A program made the position numbers and the translations under genes. Positions 36,311 through 46,860 of a stretch of 64,000 bases of DNA are shown piece after piece. The stretch is from positions 7,131 through 71,130 of the forward strand of contig JARIGM010000017.1 in the NCBI GenBank assembly GCA_029288865.1, given 5' to 3'. Positions within the stretch are counted from its first letter, which is position 1; each line of letters starts with the position of its first letter. The notes under the pieces were generated by a model. It saw nothing but the letters and a program-made list of their open reading frames with translations, did not search any database and was not told where the DNA came from. This stretch comes from Candidatus Kaiserbacteria bacterium (GTDB lineage: Bacteria; Patescibacteriota; Minisyncoccia; Phycocordibacterales; Phycocordibacteraceae).

Positions 36311-37312
36311 TTAAAGTGGCTTAACTGCGTATGACGCAGGTGCGTCGGCGAGATACTTCTCGAGCTGTTCGCGAGTGAGAAGACCTTCGCGCGCGCCGAC
36401 TTTCTGCACGACAGACATTGAATTGATCGGTCCCCAGAGGAGTGCCTCGTGAAGCGGCTTGCCGATTGCAAGCGCAGCCGAAACGGTGGATGCGAATGCA
36501 TCGCCAGCGCCCGTGCGTTCGAACGGCGGATCTTGGTCCGGATACATCGGCACGAACAGCATCTCATTGCCGTCATACGCGTACGCACCTTTTGTTCCGT
36601 CAGTGATAGCAATGATCTTTGGGCCGAGCGCGCGAAGTCCTGCAAGCAAGATCTTGATATCCTGTCCTGCTTCGAGCTTAAGAATACGCTCCGCTTCCTG
36701 TACATTCACTACGAACAACTCGCTGCGTTCATACAATCCCTTCATTGCCTCGACTCCCATGTTCATCTGGAAGGTGCCCGGGTTAAATGTCAGTTTTGTT
36801 TCTGGATGCTTCGCGAGCAATTCGGTAAGTGCTTCATGATACGGAAGGGAGTGGTCGGCGAGCGAAGAGATGTACATCCAGCCGGGGCCTTTGCCTTCTT
36901 CGAACTGCGGGGCAGTGTATGAAAATTCTTCGTGCTTCACCAAGATCGTGCGGTCTGTCTGGAACCACAGCACGTAGTGATAGTTCGTTTTCTTGCCGGG
37001 CTCGGTGACCATATAGGTCGTATCTACTTTTTGCTCGCCCAATACCTGAAGGCATTCTGTTCCGTACGAGTCATCACCCACGTAGGCACGGAGTCCCGAT
37101 GAAAGGCCGAGACGTGCAGCAGATACGGCTGCATTCGATGCGTTCCCGACGGCCGGGATGAACGTGAAGTGATCATAGGGGATCTTGTCGCCGTAGCGCA
37201 TGCAGAGCTGACAATTCTCATCGCCATGTTCGCAGACGACGGTCGCTTCCTTGAGCTTGATAAACGGTTCGGAGACGATGTCGCCGACGGCAAGAAATTG
37301 TAATGGTTCCAT
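36311..37312 (-). CDS. PfkB-family carbohydrate kinase (ribokinase-like)
   Basis: C-terminal GAGDAF motif and an N-terminal GG-type motif. 333 aa. Confidence 0.75.
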   Translation of the reverse strand: MEPLQFLAVGDIVSEPFIKLKEATVVCEHGDENCQLCMRYGDKIPYDHFTFIPAVGNASNAAVSAARLGLSSGLRAYVGDDSYGTECLQVLGEQKVDTTYMVTEPGKKTNYHYVLWFQTDRTILVKHEEFSYTAPQFEEGKGPGWMYISSLADHSLPYHEALTELLAKHPETKLTFNPGTFQMNMGVEAMKGLYERSELFVVNVQEAERILKLEAGQDIKILLAGLRALGPKIIAITDGTKGAYAYDGNEMLFVPMYPDQDPPFERTGAGDAFASTVSAALAIGKPLHEALLWGPINSMSVVQKVGAREGLLTREQLEKYLADAPASYAVKPL

Positions 37313-37351
37313 GTGCAGATTCTACCACGGGCCGCTTGTTGTCCGTGGTAC

Positions 37352-38366
37352 ACTTGTACCTATGGTAGATCTTTTTGGAGAAGCACGAATGCTCATGGCT
37401 GGCGGCAAAGGATTGCTCGCTGCTGATGAAAGCGATAAGTCTGCAGATGAGAAGCGTCTCGCTGCATTCGGTATCGACACTGGCCCAGAAATGCGCCGCG
37501 AATTCCGCGACATACTCCTCGAAACGCCTGGCCTCGAAAAATATATCTCGGGCGTGATCCTCTACGAAGAGACGCTCGAGCAAAAAGGCGATGGCGTCGC
37601 TGATGTGTTTCCCATCTCACTCGCAAAGCGCGGCATCATCCCCGGCATCAAGGTCGATCAAGGAACTGAACCGTTTCCTGAAAGCAAGAACGAACTCATC
37701 ACGAAGGGTCTCATCGGGCTTCCCGAACGGCTTGCAGCATATAAGGAGAAATACAACACCGGCTTCACGAAGTGGCGTGCCGTCATCACGATAGACGGCG
37801 ATCGTCTCCCGACTGCGCAGGCGATCATTGAGAATTGCAAACGCCTCGCAACCTATGCATGCGAAGTGCAGAAGGCAGGTATGGTGCCGATGCTTGAACC
37901 GGAGGTATTGCTCGACGGCAATCATAGCCGCCTCCGTGCACGCGAAGTGATCACAAAGACGATGCATGCACTCGTCGCTGCGCTTGAAGATCAGGCAGTC
38001 GATCTGTCGGGTGTCATCATCAAGACCTCGATGGCTGTCTCAGGCAAAGACAGCGGACGCACCGACACGCCGGAAGAGGTTGCAGAAGACACGCTCGGCG
38101 CGCTCATGGAAGCTGTGCCCGCAAGCATTCCGGGTATCGTATTCCTTTCCGGTGGGCAAACACCTGATGAAGCGACAGCCAATCTCGCGGCAATTTCGAA
38201 ATTGGTGAAAGCAAAGAATGCGCCATGGCCACTTACATTTTCATATGCTCGTGCGCTCCAAGAAGAAGCAATAAAGGTATGGGCAGGGAAGCCGGAAAAC
38301 GTGCCGGCTGCACGTGAAGTATTTATGGCACGGCTCGAAAAGGTCTCGAACGCTCTGAATGCCTAA
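37352..38366 (+). CDS. fructose-bisphosphate aldolase, class I
   Basis: ...GKGLLAADESDKSADEKRLAAFGIDTGPEMRREFRDILLETPGL... Start 37352 was chosen because the upstream start (37251) would overlap the divergent kinase gene. Confidence 0.8.
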
Positions 38367-38412
38367 TGGGGAAAACTAAAGATTCTTTAATCTTTCGCGG
38401 TATATTTAAGAC

Positions 38413-38964
38413 ATGACATTTTCTCATCGCGGCTTCACTCTCATCGAACTCCTGGTCGTAATCGCGATCATCGGTATCCTCTCATCGGTTGTACTCACAT
38501 CGCTGAGCACTGCGAAGCTCAAGGCCCAAGATGCGCAGCGTGCTTCGAATCTCACTGAAATACGGAAAGCGCTCGAACTGTACTATGACGCGAACGGACA
38601 TTATCCGATCCAGTCTGCAAACTGGGGATCAGAATGTTCTGGTTGGGCTCCCGCCTCACCGGTCGCGCAAGATCAGGTGATACCTGGCTTGGTGCCGACG
38701 TACCTTCCGCGTCTGCCGGAAGATCCAGCGATGAATCTTGCGTCAAGTCATAACTGCATCCTCTATCGCACGGACGCCACAGGTAAGGATTACAAAGTGT
38801 TGGACTATAACATGACCAGTTATTCGAATCCGGCAGCAGGCGGTACAACCTTCATCGATCCAGCGCGAAATTCGGGACAATCATGGGCAGTATCAGGTTG
38901 TAGCAGCCCAAGTTCGGCAGTTAGTTTAGCAATCTGGTCCAGTGCAGCCACTATGTGCTGGTAA
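38413..38964 (+). CDS. type IV pilin-like protein
   Basis: MTFSHRGFTLIELLVVIAIIGILSSVVLTSL prepilin N-terminus. Confidence 0.7.
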   Translation: MTFSHRGFTLIELLVVIAIIGILSSVVLTSLSTAKLKAQDAQRASNLTEIRKALELYYDANGHYPIQSANWGSECSGWAPASPVAQDQVIPGLVPTYLPRLPEDPAMNLASSHNCILYRTDATGKDYKVLDYNMTSYSNPAAGGTTFIDPARNSGQSWAVSGCSSPSSAVSLAIWSSAATMCW

Positions 38965-38976
38965 CATTTTCTAAGT

Positions 38977-39480
38977 ATGAAAACACTCCGTGGCTTCACC
39001 CTTATCGAGTTGCTGGTGGTCATTGCGATCATCGGCATCCTCTCATCGGTGGTGCTCACTTCACTTAGTACGGCAGGAAAGAAGGCAGATGATGCAAAGC
39101 GTCTCGCTGAGATGCAGCAGCTTCAGAAAGCGTTATCCCTCTACTACGACGATAACGGGGTATATCCTACGACAAGCAATGCATGGTGGGGAAATTGTTC
39201 GAATTTTGGCAGTCACGATACGAGCGGTTCGAACGGATGGGTCCCGAACCTCGCTCCCAAATATATAACGACTCTCCCGCTTGACCCGAAACCGATCGGC
39301 AACGGCGGTTGCTATCTCTACCAATCAAACGGCAAAGACTACATGTTGCTGGTGTATCAGACCGTGGAGTCCTACAACCAGGCCACGAATAAATGGCCGC
39401 GACCTGCTAAAAACGGAGTTAGCCCGAATTCGTACGAGAATGACTTCGCTTTTTACACGAATGGGGCGTCTGGGTGGTAG
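38977..39480 (+). CDS. type IV pilin-like protein
   Basis: MKTLRGFTLIELLVVIAIIGILSSVVLTSL prepilin N-terminus. Tandem with the previous gene. Confidence 0.7.
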   Translation: MKTLRGFTLIELLVVIAIIGILSSVVLTSLSTAGKKADDAKRLAEMQQLQKALSLYYDDNGVYPTTSNAWWGNCSNFGSHDTSGSNGWVPNLAPKYITTLPLDPKPIGNGGCYLYQSNGKDYMLLVYQTVESYNQATNKWPRPAKNGVSPNSYENDFAFYTNGASGW

Positions 39481-39524
39481 TGCGGCTTGCACTCACGCCT
39501 GTTTTGAGGCATACTCCTCCTATT

Positions 39525-40163
39525 ATGACTACCGTTTTAACCGCAGAAACCCGTACCGAAACAGGCAAGAAATCAGCTGCGCTCCTCGCAGTCGAGAAGC
39601 TTCCTGCTGTCGTTTATGGCCCTAAGCAAGAATCCCTCGTTATCTCGCTCCCGCTCCGTGAGTTCGCTCGCATCCTCCGCGATGAAGGCGAGTCTTCGGT
39701 GATCGAGCTTTCTGGCGTCACGCCATCACCTATAAAGGTGCTTATTCATGACGTGTTTGTCGACCCGGTCACGAATCTCCCACGCCACGTTGATCTCTAT
39801 GCAATCGAGAAGGGCGCGAAGGTTGAAGTCGCCGTACCGCTTACATTCGTTGGTGAAGCACCTGCTGTAAAGGAAGGCGCAAGCGTCGTGAAGGTCATGC
39901 ATGAGCTCGATATCGAAGCAGCTCCTGAGAACCTTCCGCATGAGATCGAAGTCGACCTCTCCACTCTCGCTGCTATCGGCGATCAGATCCTCGTGAGCGA
40001 TCTTAAGATTCCTACTGGCGTTACTGTGAAGGCTGAGGCTGAAGAAGTGGTCGCGCTCGCGCAAGAGACGAAGGAAGAGGCTGAAGAGCCAGTACTCGAC
40101 ATGAGTGCTATCGAAGTCGAGCAGAAGGGTAAGACTGAAGAGGAAGAAGCTGCTGCTGAGTAA
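39525..40163 (+). CDS. rplY: 50S ribosomal protein bL25 (general stress protein Ctc form)
   Basis: MTTVLTAETRTETGKKSAALLAVEKLPAVVYGPKQESLVISLP..., acidic C-terminal extension. The internal Met was chosen over the 39474 start. Confidence 0.75.
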   Translation: MTTVLTAETRTETGKKSAALLAVEKLPAVVYGPKQESLVISLPLREFARILRDEGESSVIELSGVTPSPIKVLIHDVFVDPVTNLPRHVDLYAIEKGAKVEVAVPLTFVGEAPAVKEGASVVKVMHELDIEAAPENLPHEIEVDLSTLAAIGDQILVSDLKIPTGVTVKAEAEEVVALAQETKEEAEEPVLDMSAIEVEQKGKTEEEEAAAE

Positions 40164-40239
40164 GTAGCGCACAACAGAAAACACCCGCTCTGTTCCTGAG
40201 CCCACTCTTTCGGGACGGAACAGAGCGGGTGTTTTCTTT

Positions 40240-41721
40240 ATGCTACAATTATTTCCTATGGTTTCTGTTCGTTCAGACTCAAAATTCCGGGTACGTATGT
40301 TCCTTCTGGCGTTGGCTAGCTTCGCGGTATTTAGTACGGGCATATTTGTTGCACCACAGTTTTCCAACGCGCAGACCGCTGATGCTTCAGGTTCGACCGC
40401 AACGGCTTCTTCGGACGTCGCTGCGCGTCGGGCACAGCTGCAAGCAGAGCTTGATCAGCTGAACACGCAGATCGCGTCGACGCAGTCGACGCTCACTGGT
40501 CTCAAAGGGCAGCACAAATCACTCCAAAACGATATCGATATCCTTACTGCGCAGATCAAAAAGGCTCAGCTCCAGCTTCAAGCGACGCAGTTGCAGATCA
40601 AAGCGCTTCAAAATAACATTTACATACACAACAACACGATCAATACGCTGACCGGCAAGCTCACCAGCGAACAAGACTCACTCTCCCAAATCATTCGGCA
40701 GACGAATGAGATCGATAACTATTCCCTCGTCGAGTTGGTGATGTCTTCACAAGATGTGTCGAGTTTCTTCGGCGACCTCGATACGTTCAGCACGCTTAAG
40801 CAAGAACTTAATTCCTCATACAATCAGACAGCAGATACTCGCTCGCAAAAAGAAATAGAGAAGCAGCAGCTCGAAGACCAGCATACGCAAGAAGTTGCGC
40901 TCGAGCAGGAACAAACGCTCGAACAGCAGCAGATTCAAGACGCGCAAGCGCAGAAGCAGAAGCTCTTGAGTTCGACGAAATCGCAAGAGGCAAATTATCA
41001 GAGCGTGCTTAGCATCCAGCAGCAGACGGCCGCACAGATCCGTGCCGAACTCTTCGCGCTTGCCGGCGGCTCCGGACAGATCTCACTTCCGACGGCTATC
41101 GCGCTCGCGAAGCAGGCAGGTGCCGCGACTGGTGTCCGTCCCGCGCTTATCCTCGGTATCTTGAAGCAGGAGACCAACATCGGTGCGAACGTCGGTGTGG
41201 CCGGCAGTTGGGTAACGGAAATGAGCCCGACGCGTGACATCCCGGTCTTCAAAGTCATGATGGCAAACCTGGGTCTTGACCCGAACACGGTGAAAGTTTC
41301 GAAAGCGCAGGGTGGCGGATGGGGCGGTGCGATGGGTCCAGCCCAATTCATTCCATCGACGTGGGCATGCTATGGCGGGTACGTGAACACCACGACCGGA
41401 TCGTGCGGAAAGGGAACTGACGGCACGTATGCGGGTCCATGGGACTACAACGCAGCGAAAGACCGTATTGCAAAGGCGGCCGGACATCCGAACACTCCAT
41501 CGAATCCATGGAATAACCTAGACGCCTTCACGGCAACGGCGATGCTGATGGCAGATAACGGTGCGACTGCGCAGACGCCTGCTGCGGAGCGTCTCGCGGC
41601 ACTCCGCTACTATGCCGGATGGGGTGGTGCGACCAACCCTGCGTATGCATTCTATGGCGACGGCGTTATGGGCTTTGCCGCGCAATTCCAGTCTGATATC
41701 AACACATTGAGCGGCAGCTAA
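40240..41721 (+). CDS. secreted coiled-coil protein with C-terminal lysozyme-like (SLT/transglycosylase-like) domain
   Basis: Signal-peptide-like MFLLALASFAVFSTGIFVAPQFSNA (true start probably internal). Q/L-rich coiled coil. C-terminus ...ILGILKQETNIGANV...GPAQFIPSTW... resembles lytic transglycosylase folds. Confidence 0.5.
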   Translation: MLQLFPMVSVRSDSKFRVRMFLLALASFAVFSTGIFVAPQFSNAQTADASGSTATASSDVAARRAQLQAELDQLNTQIASTQSTLTGLKGQHKSLQNDIDILTAQIKKAQLQLQATQLQIKALQNNIYIHNNTINTLTGKLTSEQDSLSQIIRQTNEIDNYSLVELVMSSQDVSSFFGDLDTFSTLKQELNSSYNQTADTRSQKEIEKQQLEDQHTQEVALEQEQTLEQQQIQDAQAQKQKLLSSTKSQEANYQSVLSIQQQTAAQIRAELFALAGGSGQISLPTAIALAKQAGAATGVRPALILGILKQETNIGANVGVAGSWVTEMSPTRDIPVFKVMMANLGLDPNTVKVSKAQGGGWGGAMGPAQFIPSTWACYGGYVNTTTGSCGKGTDGTYAGPWDYNAAKDRIAKAAGHPNTPSNPWNNLDAFTATAMLMADNGATAQTPAAERLAALRYYAGWGGATNPAYAFYGDGVMGFAAQFQSDINTLSGS

Positions 41722-41746
41722 ATGAAGATGCCATGTATTATGAAAG

Positions 41747-42697
41747 GTGATGGATACACAATCACCTCGGATCTCGACCCGAAGCCTCATCGTTCTCGGA
41801 ATCATTTTAATAATCATCTGCGTGCTAGCGTTTCTTGCGTATTGGCAGCGCGCAGCACTCGTCGAAACGATACAGGGTATTAATACTCGCATGCATATGA
41901 ACGGGGCGTATACGCTCAGTGGTTCAGGGACAGATGTGACGGTCATACGACATGGCATTTTCGGTGATTCGAAAGTAACAGCAAAGTCAGGCACGATAGT
42001 GGATTTCGCTCATAGCTCGAACGGTTCGTACGCGCTCGTACTTTCTCCAAATGGCCATGACGAGGATGTGGTCGCGCTCAATGCTTCCGAAAAGAAGCTA
42101 ACTTCAGATGGGGGAATCAAAGCGGCTCTCGCAGTCTCCTCCGATGGAAGATATATCAGCTATACTCAGTTTACTCCTAAAGATGCACATCAGCAGATGC
42201 CAACGGATCAGCTTGCGGACTGGAGCGTAAGCATACTCGATACGCACGACAGCTCGGCCATGGTGTTTAAGTCGGCGTATGCACCACATTTCTACTCAAG
42301 TGGGGGCAAGTCGTATGTCGAGTTCATGGTTCCTGCTGGCATGGGAATCACTGATCTTGCGAAAAAGCAGACTCTCGTTATGAACATATTAGGGAATTCG
42401 ACCATCAGCCACCCGACGTACGTCTCGCCGACGGGAAACTATGCGCTCGTATTCTCTACGCTCGGGAAGCGGTATGCAGCATTTTCACTCGACTCGAAAT
42501 TCCCTCCAATTCCCACACCGATTGTTACGAACCTCGGCACCTACTCAACAGTCATCGGAATTGATGGAAAGGGCTTCTATGTTCCCTACTCGGCTCACGG
42601 TACGGCAGAGCTGGGGTACGTGCTTCTTTCCAACATGAAATCACCTGTGTGGGCGTACCAGACGCAAGGGGCGGCCATCGTAAAACTGATACCATAA
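41747..42697 (+). CDS. N-terminally TM-anchored beta-propeller-like (TolB/PD40-like) protein, cassette 1 small partner
   Basis: One N-terminal TM (LIVLGIILIIICVLAFLAYW). Repeats like YALVLSPNGHDEDVVAL / LAVSSDGRYISYTQF. Paralogous to 45850-46851 and 51709-52653. Confidence 0.5.
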   Translation: MMDTQSPRISTRSLIVLGIILIIICVLAFLAYWQRAALVETIQGINTRMHMNGAYTLSGSGTDVTVIRHGIFGDSKVTAKSGTIVDFAHSSNGSYALVLSPNGHDEDVVALNASEKKLTSDGGIKAALAVSSDGRYISYTQFTPKDAHQQMPTDQLADWSVSILDTHDSSAMVFKSAYAPHFYSSGGKSYVEFMVPAGMGITDLAKKQTLVMNILGNSTISHPTYVSPTGNYALVFSTLGKRYAAFSLDSKFPPIPTPIVTNLGTYSTVIGIDGKGFYVPYSAHGTAELGYVLLSNMKSPVWAYQTQGAAIVKLIP

Positions 42698-42699
42698 CT

Positions 42700-45600
42700 A
42701 TGAAGACTCTCTCAAAAATATCCGTGCTTGCGCTGCTCTTGCTTCTCACGGTATCGCCAGTATTCGCTGTCCAGAAAGCAGCTGATGGGGCAGATACCTC
42801 AGACGGAGGCGATGCATCAGGTACTCTCACCGACCACGGCAATACAAGGACAGACTCCAGCAATACGAGTACTAACTCGACTCCTACCGGTCCCGTCATC
42901 TCAGCGCAATACTTTTCAGGGGCTGCCGCATCCAACCCTCCTTATTACATACCTTCTTCTTCGGATCCCAATCAGCGTCCGCTCAGTGTAGCCTGTTCTC
43001 CTCATCAACAGGGATCCATAGCGATTGACTCGAACGGTGATGCTCACTCTGTTGACGATGGGACGTCACTCTCGACGACCAAAATGGTTCAGATGGGAAG
43101 ACAGAATCAGCTCCAGCCTATCACTGTGCTGAATAAGCTTATCTGGGTATCTGTAGTAGTCGGCGGCGAACATACGTCTCCAGGTAGCTATGCATATAAG
43201 CCTTATACATATACCTACAAGAATGCTGATGGTACCGTCATTGGCACTGAGACAACCACGAGCAACGATTATGCTGCTATGGCGACCTACTCGGACTCGG
43301 AAAGTGTTCATTATCCATGGCCGATCACGACCCTAACAGTGACGTCAGGTAACCAGTCGGTTACTGTGTATTGCGATAATGGTTCTGAAGATTCACTTTA
43401 TCTCCCGAATATCACTGCAAGTTTAAGCCCGGACGGCATCGTTCAAAGCGGCAGTACGGTTCATGTCGTGCCCGGCCAGCCTCTCTCGCTTACGGGTTAT
43501 GTGCAAGCAACTCACGGGTCAAGCGTGTTCGGAGGAGGATTCCATAACACCTTCATGATCCGCGCGTCTGGATCTGATCACTGGGCGTATAAGCAAGAGG
43601 CGACTCCGGATCTTATCCTTCCATATCGGGATGACAACGGTTCGGTAACCCTGAATACGACTCCCGTGACAGCGACGTTTCCCGCGTCTGTCTTCACCCA
43701 AGCCGGAACATATGAGTATCAATTCTGTGCGGACACTGATACTGATTGGCAAGGCTTGATTCACGAACGAAATGAATTAGATAACTGTACGGGCGGAGAC
43801 GGAGCGCATTTCGTGGTTGTCGATACTCCCGCGACTGCTCCTTCTCCTACTGTTTCGATTACTGCAAATCCGACAAGCATAAATTCGGGTGATTCATCGA
43901 CGCTTAGCTGGTCGTCTACGAACGCGACTTCCTGCTCCAGTACTGACTTTGCGACGGGGAATGCGGCCAGTGGATCAGTCAGAGTCACTCCTTCGTCGAC
44001 TGCTACGTATAATATAAGTTGCTCCGGTGATGGCGGTACCGCCCTTGGCTCGGTCACGGTTACTGTCTCTGCTCCGCCAGCTGCACCGACTGCATCCATC
44101 ACTATCTCGCCAGGATCGATCGATCAAGGCGATTCAGCGTCGCTGAGCTGGAGCTGCGGTGATTCGACTTCATCGTCCGGAGATAATTTCAGTACTGGCG
44201 GGGCATTGAGCGGAACAGTGTCCGTGTCACCGACTCAGACCACGTCCTATACGGTTTGGTGTAACGGTCCAGGTGGAACCACGCACGACAGTCAGGCACT
44301 TACCGTCGGTCCGAAGAAATATCCTGACTTGACTGCGCAGGTAGGTCCGGCAGCATCGGGATACTCGAATGAGAACATCCCAGTTAGTGGAACCATCTTG
44401 AATGGCGGCTCTGCCTCGACGCGCGATACCTTCAAGAACATGTTCCAGGTGTGCTCGAATAAGAATTGTGATGGATATAACGTGATCACGGAAGTGTCGG
44501 GTCGTATGCAGGCGCTCGCACCGAATGAGCAGAAAGATATTCGCGCCAATGTGACGGTTCCAAATTCCGGAGATTATTTCTATCGTGCGTGTGCCGATCT
44601 CGACGCATCTTGGCATGGAGTGGTGGATGAAGGGTCGGATGCTACTGAGAATAATAACTGCAGTGGCTGGCAAGACTTAAGCGTCAAGGATCATACTGCT
44701 CCTGACCTCATAGCAGGGGCAGTCTCGCCATCGACTGCGACTCCAGGACAACCAGTCACGTTCATGGCAGATGCGATCAATAACGGAAACGGGAACTCTG
44801 GTTCATTCCCTGTCATGTTCCAGATCAAGGATGGCGACACATTCACGAGTAACTACATATCTCTCGTGCCGAATGATTCCAAGACTGTGTCCGCGCAGCA
44901 TACGTTTGCAGAGTCGGGCGAGTATTCCATTCGCGCATGTGCGAACTTCGATCACCCATGGGCGGTCGTCGATACAAGCGAACTCAAGACCGATAATAAT
45001 TGCGGAGATTGGACCACTATCAGCGTTACGGCAGTTACGGAGCTGCCTGATCTCGAAGCGGGTGGCGCACCATCGGTAACGGTCGGAGCGAATGACCCGG
45101 TTGCGCTGACCGGCTCGGTCACGAACATCGGCGCGGGAAGTACGGGCGGATCGTTTGCTAACCTCTTCCGTGTGAAATCAGTGACAGCATCAGACTGGAC
45201 TACGTTCAAGAGCGGCTCGATCGGTGCTCCGCTCGGACCGAAAGGCTCAGGCAATGACTCAGAGCCGGTCGAGGTCAAGTTCTCGCCGAAAACCTTCCCA
45301 TCGGGTAACTACCTCTATCAGTATTGCGTGAATATGGATCTCGATAACGGTTGGGCACCATCAGTTCCCGAGGCAGCCGACGGAGGAAATAATAACTGTA
45401 GCGCCGTCGGTTCGCTCGATGTGCAGCAGCCACAACAGCCCGTTGACAACAATGACAATAATAATAACGGTAACGATGGGAATAATAACAACGGATCAAG
45501 TTGTAAAAATGCGCTGAAGGTGACCCTTACCGCGAGTCCGACGACCGTCTCACAAGGCAAGAGCGCAAAGCTCTCCTGGACCGCTGAAGGCATGAATCAG

Positions 45601-45789
45601 CAATGTACGCTCACCAGCTCAACAGGCAAGAGCTATCCATTGCCGGCAGATAAGTGTACGGAAGATTCTCCGGATGGAGGGTTCGACACAGGAGCGATCA
45701 CAAAGCAGACGGTCTTCACGCTCAATTGTGGTTCAGGCGGAACGGCACAAGCAGTCGTGAACGTGGTACCGAAATTCAACGAATTCTAG
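42700..45789 (+). CDS. giant secreted multi-domain surface protein (CARDB + Ig-like repeats), cassette 1
   Basis: Signal peptide MKTLSKISVLALLLLLTVSPVFA. Repeated PDL...N.G...ENNNCSGWQ (CARDB-like) and ...TLSWSSTNATSCS... Ig-like modules. Conserved C-terminus ...VVNVVPKFNEF. Confidence 0.7.
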   Translation: MKTLSKISVLALLLLLTVSPVFAVQKAADGADTSDGGDASGTLTDHGNTRTDSSNTSTNSTPTGPVISAQYFSGAAASNPPYYIPSSSDPNQRPLSVACSPHQQGSIAIDSNGDAHSVDDGTSLSTTKMVQMGRQNQLQPITVLNKLIWVSVVVGGEHTSPGSYAYKPYTYTYKNADGTVIGTETTTSNDYAAMATYSDSESVHYPWPITTLTVTSGNQSVTVYCDNGSEDSLYLPNITASLSPDGIVQSGSTVHVVPGQPLSLTGYVQATHGSSVFGGGFHNTFMIRASGSDHWAYKQEATPDLILPYRDDNGSVTLNTTPVTATFPASVFTQAGTYEYQFCADTDTDWQGLIHERNELDNCTGGDGAHFVVVDTPATAPSPTVSITANPTSINSGDSSTLSWSSTNATSCSSTDFATGNAASGSVRVTPSSTATYNISCSGDGGTALGSVTVTVSAPPAAPTASITISPGSIDQGDSASLSWSCGDSTSSSGDNFSTGGALSGTVSVSPTQTTSYTVWCNGPGGTTHDSQALTVGPKKYPDLTAQVGPAASGYSNENIPVSGTILNGGSASTRDTFKNMFQVCSNKNCDGYNVITEVSGRMQALAPNEQKDIRANVTVPNSGDYFYRACADLDASWHGVVDEGSDATENNNCSGWQDLSVKDHTAPDLIAGAVSPSTATPGQPVTFMADAINNGNGNSGSFPVMFQIKDGDTFTSNYISLVPNDSKTVSAQHTFAESGEYSIRACANFDHPWAVVDTSELKTDNNCGDWTTISVTAVTELPDLEAGGAPSVTVGANDPVALTGSVTNIGAGSTGGSFANLFRVKSVTASDWTTFKSGSIGAPLGPKGSGNDSEPVEVKFSPKTFPSGNYLYQYCVNMDLDNGWAPSVPEAADGGNNNCSAVGSLDVQQPQQPVDNNDNNNNGNDGNNNNGSSCKNALKVTLTASPTTVSQGKSAKLSWTAEGMNQQCTLTSSTGKSYPLPADKCTEDSPDGGFDTGAITKQTVFTLNCGSGGTAQAVVNVVPKFNEF

Positions 45790-45849
45790 AGCTCGTTCTC
45801 CACATGGAGGGATAGTGAAGGGGGGTGGGGTCTCGTATACTTCAGGTAT
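45790..45849 (+). repeat. conserved ~60-bp intergenic element between giant gene and next cassette (copy 1)
   Basis: gctcgttctccacatggagggatagtgaaggggggtggggtctcgtatacttcaggtatatgaatg... is near-identical to 51649-51708. Confidence 0.6.
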
Positions 45850-46851
45850 ATGAATGAAACTTCAGCCTCGCAATCCATACATTTCTCCGCGCCTCCTCCT
45901 CACCGGTTCTTCAATCTAAACAAGCACTTTCGGCTGTCGCTGGGAGTGCTTCTTGGTATACTCCTGATTCTTGTTTTCGTCGATCGCGCGCAGATCAAGC
46001 AATCACTCGATAGTATATCTGCACTCACGCACGTCAGCGGTAGTTATGTTATACGAGGTTCGGCAATCAGCCGGAGCGTCTTTAGGATCGGTTGGTTCGG
46101 TAATCATCCGGTGACAACTAAGTCCGGCACGGTGATTGACTATGCCCGCTCGGGTTCAAATCAGTACGCACTCGTACTCTCGCCTGATGGCCGCGACGAG
46201 TACCTCATGCACCTTGGCTCAAAAGCAGAAAAGCTTGTTTCGACGGGCGGGACCAAATCAGCACTTGTCGTTTCTGCGAATGGTGCACAACTCGCGTACG
46301 CACAACTTTCTCCAAGCGGTTTTACCAAGACTGGACCATCGAGCGGCATGAAAGATTGGTCCGTCAGCGTATACAGTCCTAAAACGAAATCTGCAATCGT
46401 ATTACCATCAGCGTATCAGCCGGAATTCTTTTCCATTAAAGGAAAGCAGTATATGGAATTCATGTCGCCTCGCGGTATGGGGATAATGGACTTAAGTATT
46501 GCGAACACTTACAACACATCCTATTCAACGAGCACCATGCCCGCGACCAATGTGCTTCATCCAACGTTTGTTACTCCAGATGGTGCCCATGCCCTTATAT
46601 ACAGTTCCGCGGCAGGTGCGTATGCGCTGTACACCATAAGTGGGAATTTCCCATTCTCATTCAAACAAGTCACTACGCTTTCCTCAGCATATGGTCAAGT
46701 GGTCGGAGTAGATGCGAAAGGCTTCTATGTAGTCTCTGCTAACACGAAGGCGAGATCTTCGGACGTGAGCTATGTATCGTTTGCACATCCTACTGCATCC
46801 CTTTGGACCTACCGATCGGATGGCCCTGCAGTCCTTAAGTTGATCCCGTAA
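45850..46851 (+). CDS. TM-anchored beta-propeller-like protein, cassette 2 small partner
   Basis: Paralogue of 41747-42697 (same N-terminal TM, same ...YALVLSPDGRDE... and C-terminal ...LKLIP). Confidence 0.5.
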   Translation: MNETSASQSIHFSAPPPHRFFNLNKHFRLSLGVLLGILLILVFVDRAQIKQSLDSISALTHVSGSYVIRGSAISRSVFRIGWFGNHPVTTKSGTVIDYARSGSNQYALVLSPDGRDEYLMHLGSKAEKLVSTGGTKSALVVSANGAQLAYAQLSPSGFTKTGPSSGMKDWSVSVYSPKTKSAIVLPSAYQPEFFSIKGKQYMEFMSPRGMGIMDLSIANTYNTSYSTSTMPATNVLHPTFVTPDGAHALIYSSAAGAYALYTISGNFPFSFKQVTTLSSAYGQVVGVDAKGFYVVSANTKARSSDVSYVSFAHPTASLWTYRSDGPAVLKLIP

Positions 46852-46860
46852 CTGGCGCCT

